The notes beneath the pieces were generated by a model. The model had not been told where the DNA came from. It saw only the letters and a program-made list of their open reading frames with translations, and made no database searches. From UHGV virus genome UHGV-0198810: a DNA stretch of 64,000 nt; one strand, 5' to 3'. Made by a program: the position numbers and the translations under genes. Source of the DNA: a virus. Positions 47,936-57,422 of the stretch are shown here, in pieces (position 1 is the stretch's first letter; every line of letters begins with the position of its first letter).

Positions 47936-47943
47936 GATTTTGT

Positions 47944-48258
47944 TTACTCTTTTTCCACTGTTACTGGAAAATGTTTAGCATTTTCAGCTCTAACGCTTAC
48001 TTTAAGATATTTTGGTTTATATTCATCTTGGAGGTGTTGATAAACTCTGTCTACAACATCCTCTATAATAAGGTTCTGTCCTTGAATATAATTATTAAAA
48101 AACTCTTCTTCGTCAAGGTAGTCCATCATCACCGTACCAGGGGCAAACTGAACGATTATATGGGCTGTATAATAATCATGCCCAAGCGGACAATACACTG
48201 TAAGAGTTTTATCAAATGTTACTCTACTTATACCTTGTGTGTGTTCAAACTTAGCCAA
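47944..48258 (-). CDS. QueF-like T-fold enzyme lacking the NADPH motif (start TTG at 48258)
   Basis: YCPLG catalytic Cys, IED Glu, P.YLKV; E(S/L)K(S/A)hK motif replaced by DYLDEEEF; GAAGGTGA RBS. Confidence 0.75.
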   Translation of the reverse strand: MAKFEHTQGISRVTFDKTLTVYCPLGHDYYTAHIIVQFAPGTVMMDYLDEEEFFNNYIQGQNLIIEDVVDRVYQHLQDEYKPKYLKVSVRAENAKHFPVTVEKE

Positions 48259-48293
48259 CTTGTCACCTTCTCTTAATAATATTTTATATATAA

Positions 48294-48548
48294 TCACGAA
48301 TTACTTCGTGTTGTTTTAATAATGTTTATGAAATAGTAAACATCTAATACTAATATAATACTATTAGAAATAATTGTACTATAAGCTAAAAATTTTATAG
48401 AATATATCACAAATAATATAGAAGCCAAACCATTAAACGCCCTCATAAGTAACTGTGTCTTAACAGATTTACAATTAAACGTCATTGACAAGATAAGTAA
48501 TATTGTTGCAAAAATTCCAAGACATTCATTAAACAACTTTATCAACAC
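48294..48548 (-). CDS. Small 3-TM membrane protein (YgjV/PQ-loop-like)
   Basis: LG..A..L...S...MR.FN..AS.LFVIY...A.S....N; first gene after the promoter at 48591. Confidence 0.65.
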   Translation of the reverse strand: MLIKLFNECLGIFATILLILSMTFNCKSVKTQLLMRAFNGLASILFVIYSIKFLAYSTIISNSIILVLDVYYFINIIKTTRSNS

Positions 48549-48590
48549 CTTTCATTTCAATGATTAGTATATATTAAATACAAATAAAAT

Positions 48591-49766
48591 TCAACTAGTT
48601 ACAGTGTAATTTTTTAAAATAGTTTTAAGTTGCTCTTCACTAAGTTCTTCGTACATAGTTTTTATTTGTTCAAAACTTTTATTAAAATCATTATTATTAG
48701 TTTCCATCAAATTTTTGAAATTATCTTCTACAATTACAGAAAATTCATCAAGATACCAATTCGTTACACAATATGTGTCAACAGACATTGGAACTGTCGG
48801 TATTATATACTTAGCACTAGTTACCATATCATCAATTAAGTACTCTGAAGCTTTTTCTGAAAATTTTTCAGGTACCTCTATAAGAATTTCATCGTGAACA
48901 GTATTTATTAATTTTGCTTTGATATTATGAAGTCTTTCATCATTATAAATTTTTATAAGTGCTAATTTTGTAAGAGTTGCAGCTCCTCCTTGTACACGAG
49001 CATTTACACACTGTCTCTCAGCCTGACTTATAAATCCACCATTATTTTTGATATCTATTTTATCTTTTATTGCATTTTCTTTGATTGCATTTATTTGTTT
49101 TAGACTTTTAGCTTCAAGTAATTGCTTCCTATACATATCTATTTTAGGATTCACAGTTTTACCGACAAGTCCTTTACAATATAACAAAGGATTTTCTGAT
49201 ATATTTGTTTTTTCGGATAAATCTTTCAAAGTAAACTTCGGTAATAAAATATCTGGTAATCGTCTTCTTCTACCTACAATGTCTTCAACATATCCTTTTG
49301 TATGTGCCATTTCCATAGTACTATCTATCCATCTTTTAACACTTGGGAATGACTTAAAGAATGTATCAATTATTTCTTGAGCTTCTTCTGTTGTTTTACC
49401 TATTTGTTCACCAATTGATTTAGCTCCTCGTCCATAAAGCAAACCCAATAATATGCTTTTGGCCAAGGCTCTTCTATGAGTTCCTTCCTTGTTTTTATGT
49501 GTCTTATAACCACAAGTAACTTTATTACCTTCGAAAACTATTTCAGTACCTTCAGGATAAAATTCCAGACATTCTTCATAAGGGCAATTGAACGACTGTG
49601 AAGCTATAACTGAATATAAGTCGCGCTTTTGTTTATAGGCCTCAATCATTCGAGGGTCGTTTGAATAAAAAGCTGTCAAACGAGGTTCTTGACCACTATA
49701 GTCTCCACCGACTATAACATTTTTACATCTTACATTAACGCTATTTTTAACATCTTCCAAAATCAA
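48591..49766 (-). CDS. polA: Family A DNA polymerase, C-terminal piece (palm/fingers); likely start TTG at 49760
   Basis: Motif A DYSGQEPR, motif B RRALAKSILLGLLYG, GRRR, NARVQG.AA, motif C VHDE; own GAGGAGG RBS. Confidence 0.92.
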   Translation of the reverse strand: MILEDVKNSVNVRCKNVIVGGDYSGQEPRLTAFYSNDPRMIEAYKQKRDLYSVIASQSFNCPYEECLEFYPEGTEIVFEGNKVTCGYKTHKNKEGTHRRALAKSILLGLLYGRGAKSIGEQIGKTTEEAQEIIDTFFKSFPSVKRWIDSTMEMAHTKGYVEDIVGRRRRLPDILLPKFTLKDLSEKTNISENPLLYCKGLVGKTVNPKIDMYRKQLLEAKSLKQINAIKENAIKDKIDIKNNGGFISQAERQCVNARVQGGAATLTKLALIKIYNDERLHNIKAKLINTVHDEILIEVPEKFSEKASEYLIDDMVTSAKYIIPTVPMSVDTYCVTNWYLDEFSVIVEDNFKNLMETNNNDFNKSFEQIKTMYEELSEEQLKTILKNYTVTS

Positions 49767-51379
49767 ACCTCCTCGTTAATCAATTTACAAGTAATCGTAT
49801 ACTTTGTACCAACATTGGTAATAGAAATAACTTCCAATGTACCCTTTTTTGACAACACTAGGTTTCCAGAAACAAGTTCAAAAGGTTTTTTCCATCCATC
49901 TACAGTTTCAAGCTCATCATCTTTATCTAAAACTATTTTGTCATTATCAACCGAATATTTATCATATGTATAATCAGCACAAAACATTAACCGAATATTT
50001 TTACTTTTTGAAGGAATATTTTGAAGGTTAGGATTATTTGAACTATATCGACCTGTTTGAGCTCCTAATTGATTGAAACTTGCGTGTAGTCGATTATCTT
50101 TTTCTTGAACACATTCAGGTAACTTATCAATATACGTTCCAATTAGCTTTTGAAGTCCTCGCTGTGACAACACTAATTTACACAAAGGTATATCTATCTG
50201 TTTTAGAATGTCTTCTCCAGTTCCCCTGGGACTCTTTTTACTTTTTGGGGGTATAGCTAATACGTCATATAATAATATAGCAAATTGGGTAGGACTGGTT
50301 AATTCTGGAGGCGACTTTAGTTGCTCAGACTTTGAACGTTGGTACGTGTATTCACCATTTTTATTTGGTTTTTTACTTTTCGGTTTAAATATTGCAGCAG
50401 GCGTTTTTCTCCACGCGTTTATTTTATCCTCGTATTTTAAAAGTTCTTCTGAAATTTGTTTATTAACTTCGTCCTCAAGTTTATGATATTTAATACTAAG
50501 TCTTTGGGCATATCCTTTGTCAATAGACATTCCTGCGAGTTCCATTTCGGCTGTTACAGTAACTATTGGCATTTCAATGTCGAAGAATAACTTCTTTATT
50601 CTTGAGTTATCTGGTAAATCCATTTGAACTTTTTGCCATTCATAAAGTTTATATGTCATATAAGGGTCAGTAGCGGCATATAAGGCAAAAACTTTAGGGT
50701 CAACCAAAGCATATTCAAGATTCTTAAATAAATTTTCAATATCATATTTTTCAATTGACGGGTCAATTTTCTGTATATACTGCTCCTTCAATGATACATG
50801 TTCATTTTCATTAAGAAGTGCAGCGGCTATAATAGTATCCCAATAAATATTAAGGGATAATCCACAAGTACATTTGATAACTTCATAGTCAAACTTACCG
50901 TTGTGCATAATTATATTAGTATTTGATAATCGACTAAACTCGTGGGCTATCTGTTCTTCCGTTAATTGATTTTCCAATCTCTCTCTTGTTTCAGGATTAA
51001 CGTGATTAACTGGGATATAAATGTTTTTTCCACTGGGAGTATAGATACAAGGACCCATTAGCTTACAACTAACGGGTTGTAAGCTATTATTTGTCTCAGT
51101 GTCAATAGCTATAACACCATTTGAAATCGCTAAATCAATATAGTTATGTAAAGTAACTATATCAGTTATTACCTGAGTTTTCTCTTTGTATACTCCTAAG
51201 ATTCTATTTACTTCCTGTTCAATCTCCAAAAGTTGTTGTTTTAAGGACAAAGAACTATTTGATTTAGTCTTTGTCCTTTCACTTCTTTCTTTTGTGGGAT
51301 TACTTATTTTTTTTATTATTTTTTTCGCTTTTTCGGGTGTTTTAGGAACAACAAATTCGTCTCCCCACAACGACGTCAT
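49763..51379 (-). CDS. polA: Family A DNA polymerase, N-terminal piece (3'-5' exonuclease + thumb) with a 70-aa Hint-like tail
   Basis: IDTET, HNGKFD, YAATD; TGRYSS.NPNLQNIP; ends before motif A. Confidence 0.92.
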   Translation of the reverse strand: MTSLWGDEFVVPKTPEKAKKIIKKISNPTKERSERTKTKSNSSLSLKQQLLEIEQEVNRILGVYKEKTQVITDIVTLHNYIDLAISNGVIAIDTETNNSLQPVSCKLMGPCIYTPSGKNIYIPVNHVNPETRERLENQLTEEQIAHEFSRLSNTNIIMHNGKFDYEVIKCTCGLSLNIYWDTIIAAALLNENEHVSLKEQYIQKIDPSIEKYDIENLFKNLEYALVDPKVFALYAATDPYMTYKLYEWQKVQMDLPDNSRIKKLFFDIEMPIVTVTAEMELAGMSIDKGYAQRLSIKYHKLEDEVNKQISEELLKYEDKINAWRKTPAAIFKPKSKKPNKNGEYTYQRSKSEQLKSPPELTSPTQFAILLYDVLAIPPKSKKSPRGTGEDILKQIDIPLCKLVLSQRGLQKLIGTYIDKLPECVQEKDNRLHASFNQLGAQTGRYSSNNPNLQNIPSKSKNIRLMFCADYTYDKYSVDNDKIVLDKDDELETVDGWKKPFELVSGNLVLSKKGTLEVISITNVGTKYTITCKLINEEV

Positions 51380-52191
51380 TAGTAATACCTCGTAGGACGA
51401 CTAACGGTGGTAGTGGTACCTGTTATATTATTACCGGAAGGTGTAGTATTGTTAATGGGAGAGTTGTTAATGAAAGGTGGTGTAGTATTAAACGAGTTTG
51501 GGTTAGTAACCGGGGGTGTAACTGTTCCATAATTACTGTTAATTGTGGGAGTAACATTGTTTGTATTACTACTTTCTTTTGAGTCATTAAAACTTCCCGT
51601 TTCAATAAATTCCTTTAACTCTTCGTAACTCTTATTAAGTACCGCTTCACCGACTGCTTCATAACCTTTAAAAGCATCATCTATTTTTGGATACAAATCA
51701 GTATGATAAATTGAAGGGTTACCAAAAAGAATTTCATATTTAGTTGTTTTATTTCCAGGTTTACCATTTCTACGAATCTTAAAAATACAATCTGACAACG
51801 GTCCATACTCCTCGAGAAGAGACATTAACTTCTGTGACATAGACTTTGCAGCTCTACTCCAGACAACAGGAACAGGAACAATTTTACCTTCCTCATCCTT
51901 TACATAGTTAATCATATGAACATATATTGTCTGTTTCACAGGTAATTCACACTCACAAAAAGGACAATTTGTAACTGGTTGACCGATTTCTCTTATACAG
52001 TTCACACTACGATACTTACCATCAATCGTAACAGTATGATTAGTTACGATATCAAAGGTTTCAGGACTATCGTGCATGATACGAACAATAGCTTCATCAC
52101 CGTCGTTCTTCAATGAAAAGAATTTAACCCTATTATTGTCACTACTTGTAGATGACATTTCATTTAACTGTTGAAAATTTATCTTCGCCAT
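51379..52191 (-). CDS. gp32-like single-stranded DNA-binding protein
   Basis: FFSLKNDG.E.IVR, H...C...CPFC Zn site, KI.R.G..G...T.Y; low-complexity tail. Confidence 0.75.
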   Translation of the reverse strand: MAKINFQQLNEMSSTSSDNNRVKFFSLKNDGDEAIVRIMHDSPETFDIVTNHTVTIDGKYRSVNCIREIGQPVTNCPFCECELPVKQTIYVHMINYVKDEEGKIVPVPVVWSRAAKSMSQKLMSLLEEYGPLSDCIFKIRRNGKPGNKTTKYEILFGNPSIYHTDLYPKIDDAFKGYEAVGEAVLNKSYEELKEFIETGSFNDSKESSNTNNVTPTINSNYGTVTPPVTNPNSFNTTPPFINNSPINNTTPSGNNITGTTTTVSRPTRYY

Positions 52192-52241
52192 TTTATTTCT
52201 CCTTTATATATATTATATTATGTATTTTATATTAAAACTTC

Positions 52242-53192
52242 TTAATATTCAACTAAATTTAAATTATCAAATTCGGTTTTTGTTAAATCGTTAACGTCTT
52301 TTGTAAAAGGAATTTTTTTACTTGAAACAAGAACGTCCTGCCTAATATTTTGCAAAAACCTTTCAGTTCCCTTTTGTCCTGCGGTGTCTCCGTCAAAACA
52401 AAGTACATAATTTCTTATAGGACATTTATTAAGTATTTCATATTGATACTTAGACCCTGTACCAAAAAGTCCGATAGCTGGATACCCCCAAGACCACAAA
52501 GTTAAAACATTTATCTGGCTTTCCGCTACATAGACTTTTTTGTACCCTTGTTTAATTACTTCGTTTAATAAATATACCGGTTTCTCAACATCTTTTGGTA
52601 TATTAAATATTTTTGAATCTACATTTCTTCTAGTTATCATAACTAACCTATTACTACTATCCCAAACAGGGAAAGTTATAGAATTAGATTTACTGTCAAA
52701 ACCTATCTTAAAGTAGTCAACAACATTTTTAGATAGTTTCCTTTTCCACATATAAGGATGATAAAAAGCATATTTGTTTAATTCGTTTTCATTTAGAAAT
52801 TTATTTTTCTTACATTTATATATGTTTATTTCAGGTAAACATAGATAATTAGAATTATACGATGTACCAAAGTTTTCTAACAACCACTCTTTACCAAAAG
52901 CTTCTGTCTCCTCAAAACATTTACTTACAAATTGTGGTAAATTAGCCGTATACCCACAAGTAAAACAATGTACTTTTCCGTACTCAACATTAGGGTTGTC
53001 TTCACGACAGTAAATATTACAAGAAGGGTGTCTCTCCATACCATTTTTATGATTAGGACAGGTCACTAAGACATTGTCTCTTTCTACCTCTCCGATATCA
53101 CTTAATAACCCGTTTTTTAATTCACTTTTAAGTTTTTTAAGAATAACAGGTATAGGAGTATCTATACACTTATTATTTATAATTAACTTCAT
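52242..53192 (-). CDS. DNA primase (Zn finger + TOPRIM)
   Basis: CPNH...HCFTCG, ITFP, VAES, CFDGD.AG, KD.ND. Confidence 0.9.
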   Translation of the reverse strand: MKLIINNKCIDTPIPVILKKLKSELKNGLLSDIGEVERDNVLVTCPNHKNGMERHPSCNIYCREDNPNVEYGKVHCFTCGYTANLPQFVSKCFEETEAFGKEWLLENFGTSYNSNYLCLPEINIYKCKKNKFLNENELNKYAFYHPYMWKRKLSKNVVDYFKIGFDSKSNSITFPVWDSSNRLVMITRRNVDSKIFNIPKDVEKPVYLLNEVIKQGYKKVYVAESQINVLTLWSWGYPAIGLFGTGSKYQYEILNKCPIRNYVLCFDGDTAGQKGTERFLQNIRQDVLVSSKKIPFTKDVNDLTKTEFDNLNLVEY

Positions 53193-54460
53193 TAAAAGAC
53201 ATCATCCTCTAAACAATTATCACTTTCAAACTCATCTTTCAATTTTTCACAAGCTTGTGCATCAGTACCATCATTAGGTAAAAACTGGAATATACCTTTA
53301 TCAAAATCACAAACATATTTAAGATGTTTATCATTTACAGAATCTCGAGCTTTGGTGAGATGTAAAGTTAATACACCATCTTTTTGTTCAATAAATATAA
53401 CTATTGTACTGTCTTGTGATATTCGGTCACTTTGTGCTATATTGGCCGTACTTGGAGAATTATTAAACTCACTACGGTTTTGCTGAGATACAGCTATAAT
53501 CGGTATTTGTTTCAATACCTGCAAATTTTTCAAATCTTTTGAAATATTTGCAGCTTTTTCAACAGGGTTTTTAGCTTTTCTATCATCCTCTAACAATGAG
53601 TGTTGGTCAACAAACAGTATATCTAGTTTTTCTTTTTCGACAAAGGCTCTAAGTGCTGTAACACCTGCTGGACCGTTTATCATAGTAGGTGTAAGAACCT
53701 TAAGAGAACCTTTATATCTTGTTTTAAGGTTATCTATATATTGTTTATACTCACCCTCAACATTTATATTACCTCTTAATAAACTACTGTTTGACAAATG
53801 ACTTACCAAGGTGTCAAATCTATAACCTACCTTACGTTCACTCATTTCTCCTGAATATAAACCTACTTTTAAACCTTGTTCAAGTGCTGCAATCGCCATT
53901 TTTAACAATATCCAAGATTTACCAACACCAGGTCTTGCAGCTATCGTTGCAAGTTCTTCTGACTTGTCCCAACCTCCTATTAAGTCATCTAATTCATTAA
54001 ATCCGGTTTTAATATAATAATGAGAAAAATCTTGACACTTATCTACATAACTATCATAACGACTTGTATCTTGGGTTATGTCAACACAATCTAAAGGTAC
54101 TGCTTTTGATAAGTCGTTTGAAGCGTTTAAATAAACCTTCATAGCTTCTTCGGTTTTTCCATTTTCAAGTAAATGTCTAACAGAGTTAAAAGTTTTAGCT
54201 AAAAATCTGGTATTATAGTCGTTATATAACTCATTTAATAGATAACTTGTCGGTTCATTTACCTGTAACACTTCAAAATCGGGAAACTTGTCTAAAAAAG
54301 ATACTTTATCAGGAATTGTACCGTATTCATTAAGATGTGACTTTATATAATTATATTCATTAGGATAATCACAAAAATACTCGTCACTCAAATTGTTAAA
54401 TAAGATTATTGACGAATCCTTTTTATCAAGTATGACATTTAGAAGTTGTAATTGAACCAT
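53192..54460 (-). CDS. dnaB: DnaB-family replicative helicase
   Basis: TGF.ELD, ARPGVGKS, SGEM, FVDQ, VSQQNR, SDRI.QD, KAR. Confidence 0.92.
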   Translation of the reverse strand: MVQLQLLNVILDKKDSSIILFNNLSDEYFCDYPNEYNYIKSHLNEYGTIPDKVSFLDKFPDFEVLQVNEPTSYLLNELYNDYNTRFLAKTFNSVRHLLENGKTEEAMKVYLNASNDLSKAVPLDCVDITQDTSRYDSYVDKCQDFSHYYIKTGFNELDDLIGGWDKSEELATIAARPGVGKSWILLKMAIAALEQGLKVGLYSGEMSERKVGYRFDTLVSHLSNSSLLRGNINVEGEYKQYIDNLKTRYKGSLKVLTPTMINGPAGVTALRAFVEKEKLDILFVDQHSLLEDDRKAKNPVEKAANISKDLKNLQVLKQIPIIAVSQQNRSEFNNSPSTANIAQSDRISQDSTIVIFIEQKDGVLTLHLTKARDSVNDKHLKYVCDFDKGIFQFLPNDGTDAQACEKLKDEFESDNCLEDDVF

Positions 54461-55156
54461 TTATATAATACCCCTCTTATCTAAACCTTTAAACTCTATT
54501 TTTTCAGATTTTGTAACAACTCGAGAATAAAGCCTATCTCCAACACTATCCCTTAATTCCTCAGGACTAAGATTTGAGGTGAATATTTGGCATTTATTAT
54601 TATCAATACGATTATTGATAAAACTTAATAAATGTTCATGTTCAAATGAAGTAAGGTTTTTAGTACCAACTTCATCCCAAACAACAATATCAGCGTTATA
54701 AATATTATGTTTAATATGTTCAATATATTCAACATTTTCCGATATATTGTTTTTTAACTGTACGAAAAAATTTGGTACGTTTATAAACAAAGCTTTACAA
54801 CTCATATCACATTTATACCAAATACTGTTGAGATAGGCTTGTATTAGTCTAATCGACCATGCTGTTTTACCATTTCCACAAATATGAGAATAAATATACA
54901 AAGAATTACCAGACTTAACAAATTCCTCAATATTATTCTCAATATTTTTAAGATGACTAAACTCGATTTTATCCGTTCCGTCGGCATCAGTTCTTAAGGG
55001 AATGTAATTTCGTTGTTTTTCCGTTAATAAGGATTCTTTATAAAGATAGTCTAACTTAAAAAGTTTTATACAAAAAGAATTGTCCTCTAATTTACAATTA
55101 CCTTTACTAAATTTTTTACAGTTATCGTATAAAAAACAATCTCTAGATAATATCAT
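54461..55156 (-). CDS. DnaC/IstB-like helicase loader ATPase
   Basis: GNGKT, VVWDEVG, FTSNL, GDRLYSR, G.DKR. Confidence 0.88.
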   Translation of the reverse strand: MILSRDCFLYDNCKKFSKGNCKLEDNSFCIKLFKLDYLYKESLLTEKQRNYIPLRTDADGTDKIEFSHLKNIENNIEEFVKSGNSLYIYSHICGNGKTAWSIRLIQAYLNSIWYKCDMSCKALFINVPNFFVQLKNNISENVEYIEHIKHNIYNADIVVWDEVGTKNLTSFEHEHLLSFINNRIDNNKCQIFTSNLSPEELRDSVGDRLYSRVVTKSEKIEFKGLDKRGII

Positions 55157-55872
55157 TAAAACACCTCACTGGACAAGTCTTCTAAGTTAGTAGCAACCTT
55201 ATTTATAGTTGTATTAGCACGATAACTTAATTTATAATTCTTTTCGTAGTTAACAATAGCCCAATGAATATCTTTATAACCGTTTACGGAAGCTATTTCT
55301 AGAATTTTCAAAGCCATATCTAAATCACGATGTGTATATTCGTCAATAGTTGTCATAGCTACTTCTACCGCTTTTTTAGTCATCCAACCAAACTTTATGT
55401 AAACAGAATCTATCCACGTACTATATGCTAATTTTAGTTCTTCATTAGTTACATTGTCAAGTAACTTTTTAAGGTTAAATTTAATAGACTCTTCTTTGGT
55501 TAAACGTTTATTTTTTCGTTTCGAAACTTTTTGTACTTCTTCTATAAGGATAGAATCCGTTGTACTCATCAACCGTATAAGATTGTCTAAATTTATTCTT
55601 ATAAGGTTACTATTTTCGACTCTTTCAAGAATTTCTAACTTTATAAGATTTGTCTCAATACTTAACTGTTCCTCTGTTGTTAATGTTGTACGTTCCGTTA
55701 TATATTCTCTTTTTAAGTCAAAATAACCTTCAGATAGTTTATTCTTTTTTATAGCCTTATCGTTTATGTTTAACAATTCAGCTAAATAAATAGCTGTATG
55801 TAACCCAAAAAGTTGTGCAACTTTATAATTATACGAAACAAGGTTAGCGTTACTAAGCAAATCAATTAACAT
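55156..55872 (-). CDS. Probable replication initiator / replisome organiser (winged helix)
   Basis: A..FGLH.AIYL.EL, GYF...REYI..RTTL; directly upstream of loader-helicase-primase. Confidence 0.6.
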   Translation of the reverse strand: MLIDLLSNANLVSYNYKVAQLFGLHTAIYLAELLNINDKAIKKNKLSEGYFDLKREYITERTTLTTEEQLSIETNLIKLEILERVENSNLIRINLDNLIRLMSTTDSILIEEVQKVSKRKNKRLTKEESIKFNLKKLLDNVTNEELKLAYSTWIDSVYIKFGWMTKKAVEVAMTTIDEYTHRDLDMALKILEIASVNGYKDIHWAIVNYEKNYKLSYRANTTINKVATNLEDLSSEVF

Positions 55873-55874
55873 AA

Positions 55875-56645
55875 TTACTTCATTTCTTTTAAGATGTTTT
55901 TAAGTCTTATAATATTATACTCCAGCTTTTTCTTCAACATCACAGGAGTAAGATTAACAACATATTCAGTACCTTCTTTAACCTTTTCAACAGGTAATGA
56001 ATACCTATTTGCAAATTCATTACAAAAAGTATCGTCAAGTTTTCTTAAATACAATGATAGATTCTTCTCATATGTTTTATTTTTAAGTATATCATCATAT
56101 ATAACTGCATCTATAATAAAAGCTATCATATATTCTTGTGTATTAAAAAACTTTATAACCATTTCAGTTATTTCGAAGATATTATCGTCAGTATATTTAG
56201 GTATAAATATATCACTATAATCATCTTTTAAGGTATCTAATGATAATGTTTCGCTATTTATTTTTCTATTAAACCGATTAAGTTGTTGATAAAAAGTTAG
56301 GCGATGAGACTCCATAACTCTATTTATAACTTTATCAGGACCATTAACATCATTATAAATACTAGAACCTTCTTTTTCCCAAGGTTTGCGATTCATTGCA
56401 TACAATACAGCTATTTCTAACCATTCATGAATATCTTCAGGGGTTGTAACAAGTTTACACCTATAATAAAATTGTGATATTTTATTCCAATACTTTAACA
56501 TGATTGCTGACACATAACCGTCTTTTAACGGTCCTTTCGGTAAATCAGCAGCAGTTCTAATTAAATCATTTTTATCTATCGATTTCCAATCGGGTAAATA
56601 ACATTCAGCACATTGTGTGTAAATGTCCTTCACTCCCTCTAACAC
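55875..56645 (-). CDS. Phage sigma-70-like factor
   Basis: Region-2-like spacing (KY..I...EDI..W...A...A..W...INR...R..YQ..NR..RKIN...SLD). Confidence 0.55.
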   Translation of the reverse strand: MLEGVKDIYTQCAECYLPDWKSIDKNDLIRTAADLPKGPLKDGYVSAIMLKYWNKISQFYYRCKLVTTPEDIHEWLEIAVLYAMNRKPWEKEGSSIYNDVNGPDKVINRVMESHRLTFYQQLNRFNRKINSETLSLDTLKDDYSDIFIPKYTDDNIFEITEMVIKFFNTQEYMIAFIIDAVIYDDILKNKTYEKNLSLYLRKLDDTFCNEFANRYSLPVEKVKEGTEYVVNLTPVMLKKKLEYNIIRLKNILKEMK

Positions 56646-56758
56646 TTACTTTTTCTCCTTTTAATTGCAGATAAGTAGATAAATTTAATAAATTTAATAA
56701 ATTCTTTAACTTTTTAATTCTTAATTTAGTATATAATAAAATATAAATTTAATCAACT

Positions 56759-56785
56759 AAAAAGGGTGTACAATGTACACCCTTT
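56759..56785 (-). terminator. Terminator after folE, running into the next -35
   Basis: AAAGGGTGTACA/TGTACACCCTTT. Confidence 0.75.
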
Positions 56786-56794
56786 CTCTAATAG

Positions 56795-57421
56795 TTATTT
56801 ACGAATCAAGTCATAAAATTCAGAACGTAGGGCAGGATTTGTTTTGAAATGTCCCCTTAAAGCGGCTGTCCTTGTCACTGTCCCGGGTTTCTTGACACCT
56901 CGCATTGTCATACATGTATGTTCCCCTTCAATAACGACAATAATATTGTCAGTATTAAGAATTTTACTTAATACCTCTGCAATATCAGTTCCAAGTCTTT
57001 CTTGAAGTTGTGGTCTTTTTGCACACATCTCTGCTACACGGGCTATCTTTGATAAACCAATTACCTTACCGTTGGGAATATATCCTACCGAAACAGTTGC
57101 ATTAACCATAGGAAGAAGATGGTGTTCACACATTGAGTAAATCGGGATATGTCCTTCAACAACTAAGTCTCCGCTTTCAACGTCCTCAAAGCAAACATTG
57201 AATTTTTCAGCAATTTCGTCGTTTGTATAATCAAGTCCTTCAAAGATTTCTTTCCAAGCTTTATAAAAACGATGTGGCGTTTTTACCAAACCTTCTCGGT
57301 TAGGGTCTTCACCTATACACACAAGCATATTTCTAACACAAGTTTCAAAAATATCTTCAACAGACTCGTTCTTGTTTATGTTTTTTATTTCTTCTCTGTT
57401 AAGTGTTTCGTCGGTCCTCAT
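56795..57421 (-). CDS. folE: GTP cyclohydrolase I
   Basis: REGL.KTP.R, SMCEHHLLP, GLSKIAR, QLQERL, HTCMTMRG. Confidence 0.96.
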   Translation of the reverse strand: MRTDETLNREEIKNINKNESVEDIFETCVRNMLVCIGEDPNREGLVKTPHRFYKAWKEIFEGLDYTNDEIAEKFNVCFEDVESGDLVVEGHIPIYSMCEHHLLPMVNATVSVGYIPNGKVIGLSKIARVAEMCAKRPQLQERLGTDIAEVLSKILNTDNIIVVIEGEHTCMTMRGVKKPGTVTRTAALRGHFKTNPALRSEFYDLIRK

Positions 57422-57422
57422 A

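Noticed and set aside
49700..49990. Group I/II intron or active split intein in polA
   Set aside because: No intergenic gap or intron core (the ORFs overlap), no homing endonuclease, no Cys1 at the Hint-aligned position and no His-Asn junction
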